Assembly (NCBI GenBank): GCA_002269645.1
Contig: NIVC01000010.1
Coordinates: 806,001 to 870,000, forward strand
From: Macrostomum lignano
Taxonomy: Eukaryota
Direction: 5' to 3'
DNA length: 64,000 bases
The first letter of the stretch is position 1. Each line of letters starts with the position of its first letter. Positions 23,642 through 33,895 of this stretch are shown in pieces. Made by a program: the position numbers and the translations under genes. The notes under the pieces were generated by a model. That model saw nothing but the letters and a program-made list of their open reading frames with translations, made no database searches and had not been told where the DNA came from.

Positions 23642-24256
23642 TTATTTACTGGGAGCTCCGACAGACATTGGTTGATGTTGTTGCTGCTGCTCGGACTTAT
23701 TCTTTGGAATTTGCAGGCTTTTCAACAGCGGCAACTTGCTGCCGGCCTGATTGTTGGGCTCAAACTGGACCTTCATCTGAGGAAAGCAGAATTTCAGCAG
23801 TTTGCCAGCCAGATGGTGGTCAGCCCGGCCAAACTTGGTTGACGCGCCGTGAATTTGAATGCTAGTCGATCCGATCTGAATGAAGCCGCCGCCCTGTACG
23901 GTGATGAAAAACTGCAAGTTAAATGACGCCGAGTAGAGGCGTTCGATGGCGCTGTCGTCCGGGAACTTGGCGCTGCCGCGGATGCAGTGAATCACCAAGC
24001 CCGTGCCGGCGTGCTGCAGACGGAACAGCAGGTAAGGAAACGAGCCGACAGTGTCCACAATGGCCGGACTGACTGAGCGCAGAGCTGAGCCGGGCGGTCG
24101 AGTCAAGTTGGATCGGCACATCGGATAGTGATTGACTTCCAGGTGGCGCAGGGAAGCATACGGCTGCATCAGGGTTTCTGGTAGAATGCTCATGGCCTTG
24201 CTCGGAGCTGGGACTACGGTGGGTTTTATTGGGTTCTCGGATTCCTTTGCGCTCAT
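23642..24256 (-). CDS. Janus/Ocnus family (PHPT1-like) protein, 204 aa, single coding exon
   Basis: VDTVGSFPYLLFRL..IRGS...VQGGGFIQ...IQIHGASTKFGRADHHLAGKLLK..FP resembles PHPT1 IDSDGVFKYVLIRV..VRGY...CLGGGRIS...[27 protein letters not shown]; AG acceptor just 5' of the ATG and a likely UTR-exon donor near 24361. Confidence 0.8.
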   Translation of the reverse strand: MSAKESENPIKPTVVPAPSKAMSILPETLMQPYASLRHLEVNHYPMCRSNLTRPPGSALRSVSPAIVDTVGSFPYLLFRLQHAGTGLVIHCIRGSAKFPDDSAIERLYSASFNLQFFITVQGGGFIQIGSTSIQIHGASTKFGRADHHLAGKLLKFCFPQMKVQFEPNNQAGSKLPLLKSLQIPKNKSEQQQQHQPMSVGAPSK

Positions 24257-26089
24257 TTTATCTAACAGTAATAGTTAGTTATCACTCGCGTTTCTGATAA
24301 ATTTGAATCAATTTAGATAGAAAGGAGAGACGATATAACAAAGGTTAGTAATACGAGTACTTACCATAGACGTCTTATCAAGATTTAAACACAAGGCTTG
24401 TAATTTTTGCTATACACACATTTTCTAAGCACTTTCAATTGAAACCGTTTGGTTTTTGTTAGAAAACTTTTTGTTAAATGTACATGTACATTGACACGTA
24501 TATGACGCAAAGCGAGTTGATGTCACAACATCACTGACCAACCAGCTATATAAACCTGGTTAAGATCGCTATTACATGTAGAAACAAGAGTGAAATCAAC
24601 AATCTCGCGCCGATTAAAACCGCAAAATTAAACTTGCGGTCTCTTTTATTTGATGTACGAAGTATAGAGGAGCAATGAAATAAATTCATGAGTCACCACG
24701 CCCGTTTGCTGCGCTATTTGACCAGACCGTGTTCTGAGCGTTGCATCCGAAAACAGACTTCTTGATGTCACTCTCAAATCAATTTAACCGTTACATAGAT
24801 GCTTCGATCACCATTTGATTGGTTTTCTTACTGTTTTACTATTAGGTTTAACAAACATTTTAGTTATTTGACTCTAGTTATTTCACCTGTGAAGTCAATC
24901 GCAGCCCATGATTCATAATTCCCAATGACCTCTGCTCATATTTTCTGCTTTTTGCGATAATCAACTCCCTTCTGTAATAGTTACTGACTTTGTTTTTGTT
25001 CTCAGTGCCAGTAGAACTAAAGTAAATTGAAACATTTAAACTGGTACTAGGAAGACACAATTTTCAGATGTATATCTATTTTAGCCGAGTTGGGCAGGTA
25101 AAAAAGCACTAATGAATCAAAATAAATAAATACTATATGATTTGAGTCTTCTCATTGGTGCAGGATAGTTGCCATGCTCTTCCCAGAGCTTCTGGTCCTT
25201 TTAGTATCCACCTAGTACTAAAAATCACTTTACTAATTAGTATACCTGTAGGCTATGCAGACAATGCAATTGGATTTCAACGGCTGCTTTTTGGACCTCT
25301 GTTGGACCATAGATTCATGAGAAACCTGTAGCTTTCAGGGTATATTTCATTGACCGAACTCTGTCTTCAGGGGAGGCGTGGCCGGGACTGATTTGATCGA
25401 CCGGCCAACGATCGAAGTTCTGCAGAAAACCTTCAGTTCTGCTGAACGTGCAACCAGCTCTTGCAATTACTATGTGTAAGTCATGATTAACTTATTGACA
25501 CACAAATTTTGCTCAAAAATCCAAATTCAGCATGAATATTGACGCATTCGATCTGCAGTTGGCGTTGATTTTTAGTTTCAACTAAATATTCGATGACCCT
25601 ACATATTTCGTTTTATCAGCAGCTGTCTGTAAAACCTATTGCTAAATGCTTAATGCAAATCATGTTTAAAGCTTGGTCAACTATTAATCTATACTAGTAC
25701 GTGATTACAAATATTAGAAACGAGCCTGCACTAACGCGTTCTTTCTAACGTAGCTTAATACATAGGAAAAATTTGCATAGGATAGCTGGTTGACGACAAA
25801 CTACAGACGCTATATAGATTGAGATTACAGATCAAGTCGCAATTTCTATCGAAAATAAAGAAAATGGAAGAAGGGTCTAGGAGGCTATGAACAGTCCAGG
25901 CAACCCAGACCATCAATCAATTTTTGCATCTCGCAATCTCAATTTGTCAAGGACAAGCTGAGATTTTACGAGCCTAACTGATGATTCCACAGCAGTTTTT
26001 GTCTGGGAGGGACATTTGTAACATTGACAGATACAGATCGAAATTCGCAGTGGGATTGCGAAGGACTCGTCGCCATATATGTGGGACAT

Positions 26090-27476
26090 ACACATATGTC
26101 TCATTTGTGTCTCATTTGTGTCTCATTTGTGTCTCATATGTGTCTCATATGTGTCTCATATGTGTCTCATTGTGTCTCATTTGTGTCTCATATGTGTCTC
26201 ATTTATGTCCCATATGTGTCTCATTTGTGTCTCACATGAGTCTCATATGTGTCTCATTGTGTCTCATTTGTGTCTCATATGTGTCTCATTTATGTCCCAT
26301 ATGTGTCTCATATGTGTCTCACATGAGTCTCATTTGTGTCCCATATGAGTCTCATTTGTGTCTCACATGAGTCTCATTTGTGTCCCATATGTGTCTCATA
26401 TGTGTCTCACATGAGTCTCATTTGTGTCCCATATGAGTCTCATTTGTGTCTCACATGAGTCTCATTTGTGTCCCATATGTGTCTCATATGTGTCTCACAT
26501 GAGTCTCATTTATGTCTCATATGTGTCTCATTTGTGTCTCATATGTGTCTCATTTGTGTCCCATATGTGTCTCATTTGTGTCTCATATGTGTCTCATCTA
26601 TGTCTCATATGTGTCTCATATGTGTCTCATTTATGTCCCATATGTGTCTCATTTGTGTCTCATTTGTGTCTCATATGTGTCTCATTGTGTCTCATTTGTG
26701 TCTCATATGTGTCTCATTTATGTCCCATATGTGTCTCATATGTGTCTCACATGAGTCTCATTTGTGTCCCATATGTGTCTCATTTGTGTCTCACATGAGT
26801 CTCATTTGTGTCCCATATGTGTCTCATATGTGTCTCACATGAGTCTCATTTGTGTCCCATATGTGTCTCATTTGTGTCCCATATGTGTCTCATTTGTGTC
26901 CCATATGTGTCTCATTTGTGTCCCATATGTGTCTCATTTGTGTCTCACATGAGTCTCATTTGTGTCCCATATGTGTCTCATATGTGTCTCACATGAGTCT
27001 CATTTATGTCTCATATGTGTCTCATTTGTGTCTCATATGTGTCTCATTTGTGTCCCATATGTGTCTCATTTGTGTCTCATATGTGTCTCATCTATGTCTC
27101 ATATGTGTCTCATATGTGTCTCATATGTGTCTCATATGTGTCTCATTTGTGTCTCATTTGTGTCTCATATGTGTCTCATATGTGTCTTATATATGTCCCA
27201 TATGTGTCTCATTTGTGTCTCATATGTGTCTCATTTGTGTCTCATATGTATCTCATATGTGTCTCATTTGTGTCTCATTTGTGTCTCATATGTGTCTCAT
27301 ATGTGTCTCATCTATGTCCCATATGTGTCTCATTTGTGTCTCATATGTGTCTCATCTATGTCTCATATGTGTCTCATATGTGTCTCATATGTGTCTCATA
27401 TGTGTCTCATTTGTGTCTCATTTGTGTCTCATATGTGTCTCATTTGTGTCTCATATGTGTCTCATATGTGTCTCAT
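26090..27476. repeat. Large 10-12-bp minisatellite tgtgtctcat(at/tt)
   Basis: Direct periodicity; source of many spurious CLICVSHM ORFs. Confidence 0.97.
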
Positions 27477-27974
27477 CGGCAAGTTCTACCGTTGAAAGTT
27501 AGTACTCCCACTTCTAAACCTAGCTGGCTTGAAAGAGCTCGAAAACAATGCGATAATCTTTGTTCTCGTTGACCAGAGTGTGTCTCACTTCTTCGTCTTT
27601 AATTTTCCTTTCGCATTCTCGCCAATCTCTTTTTTTGTAATTATGCTAACCCGATTTTCAAGCCAGATTCACAAGCCAATGTGTCAGATTAGACCCTATT
27701 GTTACAATAGAAAAAAATAGGAGTCGAAATAAACCCTAGATAAAGTCGAGATTAATCCCAAATCTAAAAGTTTCTCGTGAATGCAAATAGCTCGTAAATC
27801 GAAACTTGATTTCTTTGTTACTCCATGTAGTATGGTATAATGTAGTGTGCACTGGAGGGCTAGCATATTTTTACATTAATAAAATAGACAATCACTAGCA
27901 ATCTAGTGTCCCACCTTTCGGGGTGGCCAGTAAGCAAGAAACGAAAATCATTTATGGGAATTCTATTTGTCTTG

Positions 27975-28232
27975 AAATCTCCGCATTTCCCCCAGTAAGC
28001 CTTGAGATCTCAGCCATTCCCCCAGTAAGCCTGCGCAGTTCAGCAATTCCCCCAGTAAGCCTTGACATCTCAGCCATTCCTCCAGTAAGCCTTGAGATCT
28101 CAGCCATTCCCCCAGTAAGCCTTGAGATCTCAGAAATTTCCCCAGTAAGCCTTGACATCTCAGTCATTCCCCCAGTAAGCCTGCGCATTTCAGCAATTCC
28201 CCCAGTAAGCCTTGAGATCTCAGCAATTCCAC
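27975..28232. repeat. 30-bp minisatellite ccagtaagccttgagatctcagccattccc, about 8-9 copies
   Basis: Direct periodicity. Confidence 0.93.
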
Positions 28233-28267
28233 AGTACGCTCGTACAGTCATTTCGGACGCATCCACT

Positions 28268-28497
28268 GCAGTCAGTCAGTCAGTCAGTCAGTCAGTCAGT
28301 CAGTCAGTCAGTCAGTCAGTCAGTCAGTCAGTCAGTCAGTCAGTCAGTCAGTCAGTCAGTCAGTCAGTCAGTCAGTCAGTCAGTCAGTCAGTCAGTCAGT
28401 CAGTCAGTCAGTCAGTCAGTCAGTCAGTCAGTCAGTCAGTCAGTCAGTCAGTCAGTCAGTCAGTCAGTCAGTCAGTCAGTCAGTCAGTCTGAGTCAG
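28268..28497. repeat. Perfect (cagt)n microsatellite, about 55 copies
   Basis: Direct inspection. Confidence 0.98.
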
Positions 28498-29622
28498 TGC
28501 TTGAAAGGCTTTTGTGAGTCTGCAGATATGCATATGAGGATCGAGCAACAGGCTCAATGACAAGTACGATTTGAGAGTGCTTCAAACGCTATGCGAAACC
28601 ACTTCTTCCATGAGCTAAGCTCTGCACGCTCGTGTGTGCAGTATCTAAAGCTCATATGCAATTTCTGCGTCAGCGGCACTTAAGGTTTTGGAAACTTTTT
28701 TCTTCAATTGATATCGATCGATTCTCGCTGTTGCGACCAACGCAAAGCGACAAGTCACAATAGTCAAAAAAATTGTTTAACATAATGTTAGTAGCTATGC
28801 TGCGCAGCACAGAACTCGTGCACAACGGGTCAAGATCATGAATGTTATGGTACATTTGCTTAGCAACTATATTGTCGTGCCTATAGGCAGCACAAAAAGC
28901 CAAGGCGAAAACATGCAGCAGTCCGCAGAATGCGAGCTAAAATAACTACAGTACGAGTAGGTCTATTAAATCTAGCGGTACAATACATAATGCAGATAGA
29001 ATCTATTTCCCGAGGGGATGCACAGCACTGTTGGATTGACCTATAAAATGACTTGTTCAGCCATTTGCATATCATTTTCCTTTCTCGTCGCGATTTCAAT
29101 CGTATACGCAGCTCCAGGCCGCCTTGTGCTGTGCAAAAATTTATCCCCATGGCCATATATAAAATTCAGTACAGTCAGAATGTACAATGCAAGCTACTAG
29201 TAGCGCTATTCCAATTGATTGAGACGAAGTCTCCTGTCAATTTTTGCTCAACAGAAGTCTGCATGTACTCGACTCTCTCCCACCCCCCCCCCCAGTTGAG
29301 CACCAATGAGACGCTTCTCGGGCTAAAATAAATTTCTGTATACAGTCGGCACGCGTTAACGAGACTCGGACAAAATTCTTCTAGACGATCATAAACAACT
29401 TGGATTCTGAGACATTTTTATTCTAATCTGCGAACGTCGATGTCGTACTCGGATAGCCCGGCTAAAAATGACTCGACGGCCCGAGGCAGCTGCGACAGCT
29501 CGCCGATGCTGCCTCATAGTCAGAACAGTCGGCATCAGCAAAGGACACCGCGTCAATTAAAGCAACAACAACAGCAACAGCAACAGAAACCGACGTCGTC
29601 CCGTCTCTGAGCGAGCGCCAGC

Positions 29623-31308
29623 ATGGACTGCATGCAATCGTCCGCTCCCGGCATCGCCATGAGCGCCAGCAACAACAGCAAATCGGTCAGGTCTCTGCGC
29701 GCGATTGTCGAACGAATCGCCCCGGGCGAGTCCGAGGGCCGCTACGCCAGACGACTGAAACGATTCTGCGATTCTACAAGCGCGCACGGATTTCACAAAT
29801 TGTTCGAGTCGTCGAGTCAGCTGCACCGAGCCGCCTGGCTACTCATAATTGTTGCCGCGGTCACCGGCTTCACCATTCATTTGAGCTTTCTTGTAAGCAG
29901 ATTTCTTCAATCGCCAGTAAACACGGAGACACGAGTCTACAGTACGCCGTTCGTGTTCCCAGACGTTACTGTGTGCTCAACTGGTCACATGAGCAAGCTT
30001 CGCTATAGCCAGAATCCTATTGTTGCTTCGGTCAACATGACTCTACAGAAGCTGATCTGGGACGTCAGCAAATTTTGGGGTGACACAAACGACACAGACG
30101 TCAGTATTAACGCCGATTTGCGGAACTCTCTCAAGAGCTTCCTGCACGAGTTGAATGTCACCAAGGAGCGACAGGACGCCATTATTCACTGTCAATATGC
30201 CGGAAGCGGCTGCTCCTATCGTGACTTTCAACATCTGACCGATCCCGAGTACTTCAGCTGCTTCACGTTCAAGCCGCCGAGTCGCAGTCTGATTGTCGGC
30301 GGCGAAAAGGACGGCGGTCTGTCCGTGATTTTGTACACCGGCGACGACAAGAACTTCATCACCGAGGAGGAGTCATTGGCATTCTCCACCGGGTATCGCA
30401 TCATTGTCCACCCGCCGGACACGAGACCGGACTCAGCGGACGGATTCTACATTCAGAACGGGAGCAGTACCCATGTGCAGCTGGCTTACACTAGTCTCAC
30501 CGTGCTCAGCAAAGGATCAAGGAAGTGCGCCAAACCGGGTCAGCTTCCAGAATCCGAGTTCTTGGACATCAACACCGGAAAACTGCTCCGGTATCGGTAT
30601 AGCGTCTCCGACTGCGCGATGCGGCACTGCCAAGCGTACTTGAACAAAACCTGTCATTGCGTCTCCGAACTGCTGCCTGTACCAGCCAACTACGGACCTC
30701 GATTCCGAACGCGCTTCTGTCATCGCGTGTCAGCAGCCGATATTGTCGACGCCAAGGATGGCACGGCGGCCGTTGCCGAAGATGAGCTTCGTGACAGACG
30801 GGAGTGCCACGACAAGGAGCTGGAGCTCATTCACCGGCGCACCGCCAGCGATTTGGACGCTTGTCCAGTGCCGTGCGACGGTCAGCAGTACGACCTGCAA
30901 CTGACGCAGAACCGATGGCCAGGGCATCCTGGCGAGGCCGTGCAAGCCCTGTTGGAACGTGTCCGCGCCACGATTCGGTTGGCTGACGAAGACAAGCTGG
31001 ACACTCGTGTTCTGCACACGGTGGTGCGTCGCCTTCTGAGTACAAGCCGCGGCAGAGGCTCAGTTGGCGGCAGTTTTGCTCGATTGACAATCTACAGCCA
31101 CTCAACCATGGGCAGCAGAGTAGCGGAAGCCTGGGCTTATCCTGCCGGCAATCTGTTCTCAGACATTGGCGGCATTTTAGGCCTCTGGCTAGGCGTGTCT
31201 CTGATTAGTACGTTTGAATTTTTCGAGCTTTTTGCGGATTTATTGAGTAGCGCCAGGAAGAATTCGGCAGCAGCTGCTATTAGGGCAAACGATGTGGCAG
31301 TGCTGTAA
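29623..31308 (+). CDS. DEG/ENaC family amiloride-sensitive sodium channel subunit, intronless, 561 aa
   Basis: FCDSTSAHG motif, TM1 AAWLLIIVAAVTGFTIHLSFLV, FPDVTVC, YFSCFTF, GYRIIVHPP, Cys-rich thumb, TM2 NLFSDIGGILGLWLGVSLIS with GxS filter. Confidence 0.95.
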   Translation: MDCMQSSAPGIAMSASNNSKSVRSLRAIVERIAPGESEGRYARRLKRFCDSTSAHGFHKLFESSSQLHRAAWLLIIVAAVTGFTIHLSFLVSRFLQSPVNTETRVYSTPFVFPDVTVCSTGHMSKLRYSQNPIVASVNMTLQKLIWDVSKFWGDTNDTDVSINADLRNSLKSFLHELNVTKERQDAIIHCQYAGSGCSYRDFQHLTDPEYFSCFTFKPPSRSLIVGGEKDGGLSVILYTGDDKNFITEEESLAFSTGYRIIVHPPDTRPDSADGFYIQNGSSTHVQLAYTSLTVLSKGSRKCAKPGQLPESEFLDINTGKLLRYRYSVSDCAMRHCQAYLNKTCHCVSELLPVPANYGPRFRTRFCHRVSAADIVDAKDGTAAVAEDELRDRRECHDKELELIHRRTASDLDACPVPCDGQQYDLQLTQNRWPGHPGEAVQALLERVRATIRLADEDKLDTRVLHTVVRRLLSTSRGRGSVGGSFARLTIYSHSTMGSRVAEAWAYPAGNLFSDIGGILGLWLGVSLISTFEFFELFADLLSSARKNSAAAAIRANDVAVL

Positions 31309-31412
31309 ATATCAAGAAATGATTCACAACTGACTTGTATTAAATTATCAATACGTTTAATAACACTGTGCCTCTCTATACCCGTATTTCCATTCGACAT
31401 CGCCGACAAATA

Positions 31413-32084
31413 CGTGGGATGTCCGGAAAGTTCTGACACTTTTAATCCCAGAGCAAAAAATTGTCTATGGCCATAAACTCCCCACCCCAAGAAGTTCTTC
31501 CAAGGCTGCGTGTTATTCATGTCTCTCCAGACCATAGACTACTAGTCTATAGGGAAACACTAGTCAATGCACTCATCAGCAGTCGGGATGCTTGATATTG
31601 TATTATCGACTGTTAGGGCCCAGTCACAGATTCTGTGGGCCCAGTCTAACCCCAGTTCAAAACATTCCTAACCGAAGTAAGGTTTAGCCATAGACAAAAT
31701 TATCCTCAGTCTGAATTGAAGTTCCGCTAGTTTTTTTAGAACTGGAATTTGATCAAAATTGAATGTGAAAAGGTGTCATTGGTGTCTAAGGTGGCAGGTG
31801 TGAAGGCTGCCTTGAAGGTCATGATGATGATGAATGACCAAAATTCGTTTCTATGAGGACAAAAATCGCTTTTTATATTTTCCTTAACTTTTACTATAAG
31901 ACTATCAGTGGCATTTTGATGGTTTTTCACACACAACTTTTGAATGAAATGACCAAAATACACGCGACTAAATCATTGGAAAGAAGAGATGTGCCTCTTT
32001 AAAATGACACCAAAAGTTGTGCTTGAAGCTGCTGCTGTTTTTGCTCTGGGATTAAAATTGTCAGAACTTTCCGGACAGCTCTCG
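31413..32084. mobile_element. Non-autonomous mariner-like element (MITE)
   Basis: About 50-bp imperfect TIRs cg(t/a)g(g/a)g..tgtccggaaagttctgaca.ttttaatcccagagcaaaaa, flanked by TA at 31411-12 and 32085-86. Confidence 0.85.
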
Positions 32085-32510
32085 TAACATAGAGAAATTT
32101 GTGTTCAATAATGTCACGCTTTTATGTACGCTCGTAATGATAAAATATTACGCAGATTCCACTATTCCGCTAGAATGGCAAGCGATGACTCTCTGGTTAA
32201 ATGAAAAAATCTATATTAACACAAACAGTATTTTGGCAATTATGAATTCTTTAATTGCATTGCGCTTTAATATGAGAAACGTAAAGTTTATCTCAAGCTT
32301 TTCAAAAGTATCGCAACATATTTTGAACACATACTTTTTATTGTGCATTAATAATTATGCGTAGTTTTATGTGGCTAACTAAATAAAAAATCCATATTTG
32401 TTTGAATTTTGACAAATAATAAACAAACCGGTTCGTGAATTCAGCCGACTGTTACGGTTTTAGAAAATTTTCGGTCAAAATTCGAACACACCCGTACGTA
32501 CGGATTGCAT

Positions 32511-33487
32511 TCAATCAGTGGGCACGTCTAGCTTTTTAATAGCTGTTGCCTGGATGGTAGCTCGGTATTGCCTGCAGAATTCTTCCAGACGATCATCCGA
32601 ACCGATCGCAGCCGCCTGCTTGGCCTCGTTGACCTGGGCAGCCTGGCGGAGGACGTCCTCTAGCGGTGTTCGTTCTACCCGGCACACCTTGATTAGTGGC
32701 GCCACGGTGATGCAGGTGGCGCACTGATGAGCGAGCTCGTTGAACAGCCTGACGGCCACTTCGTGATTTCTGGTCGGATAGGCGTACTTTACTAAAACTC
32801 GGTCGCATATTTTACTGCCGGGTATGGGCCTGTTATCCTGAGATGGAATGTGAGCACGCGGGAATCTATTAGAATCGAGATAAAACAAATCAGTATATTC
32901 ATATAAATTATGTTATTTGATGGCCACACATGATTTAGCTCTGCGGCGCTAAAATGAGTAATGAGTACTTGTGGCGCCAAAATGAGTGTCTGCGGCGCCA
33001 AAATGAGTGCCTGCGGCGCTAAAATGAGTGCCTGTGGCGCCAAAATGAGTGTCTGCGGCGCTAAAATGAGTGTCTGCGGCGCTAAAATGAGTGTGCGGCG
33101 CTAAAGTTAGTACTTGCGGCGCCAAAATGAGTGTCTGTGGCGCTAAAATGAGTGCCTGCGGCTCTAAAATGAGTGCCTGCGGCGCTAAAATTAGTACTTG
33201 CGGCGCCAAAATGAGTGTCTGTGGCGCTAAAATGAGTACTGATAGCAAAAGAAGTCTGACTTGCAATAACACACCTGATCGTGCTGCCTCGGACGGAGCA
33301 ACCGAAATGTGCAGGCACACTTGTTCTGCATCGTCTCAAGACGCCTATCGGCAATGCTGCCATCGGGTTCGAATAGCTGCAGGGTGACACTTCGAGGCAC
33401 AACTAACACGGCCGATGTAACTCGGTCTGACGAGCAGCAACTGCTGGCTAGTTGCAGTCTGTCACCGCAGCTGTCGCTTGCTGACAT
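32511..33487 (-). CDS. Small two-exon protein (about 179 aa) with a degenerate KH-domain-like pattern
   Basis: Exons 33487-33275 and 32837-32511 join in phase 0 (cag/gtgtgt ... tctcag/gat); pattern AVLVVPRSVTLQLFEPDG...LETMQNKCACTFRLL...DRVLVK...EVAVRLFNEL; the KH assignment is pattern-based only. Confidence 0.55.
32940..33240. repeat. 21-bp minisatellite gcggcgc(c/t)aaaatgagtgcct (copy 2), about 14 units, intronic
   Basis: Inside intron 32838-33274 of the KH-like gene. Confidence 0.95.
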
Positions 33488-33895
33488 TTTGATTCTCTTG
33501 TCTGGTGCACTTTAGATTGGATCTGTCTGCTGGGGTGATGGAAGTTAAGGATGCCTGCTGTAGGTGAGAACGATTTTAGGAGTCTGCATATGAAATGCAT
33601 ATGATAGACATATTTCCGGAGACTATTATGGTCATAGACAAATTCAGGCCAATATTTTTGCTGGTGATTAATTGTGCGCTTCTTACGAGAGCTAGATCTT
33701 CTACCTGAAAAAAGTTATATAGAACCTTAAGTGTAAGACCTTTTTAAGTATAGTTGGTAGGAAACGTCTATAGGAATTGCTGGTCAATGACACAATCAAT
33801 TGTCCAGGTGTATTGAAGGTTATACAATCATGACATGACATACACAATGATTATAAATGTATAATACATTTTCCCGTAAAGATTGAGCTTCGGTC

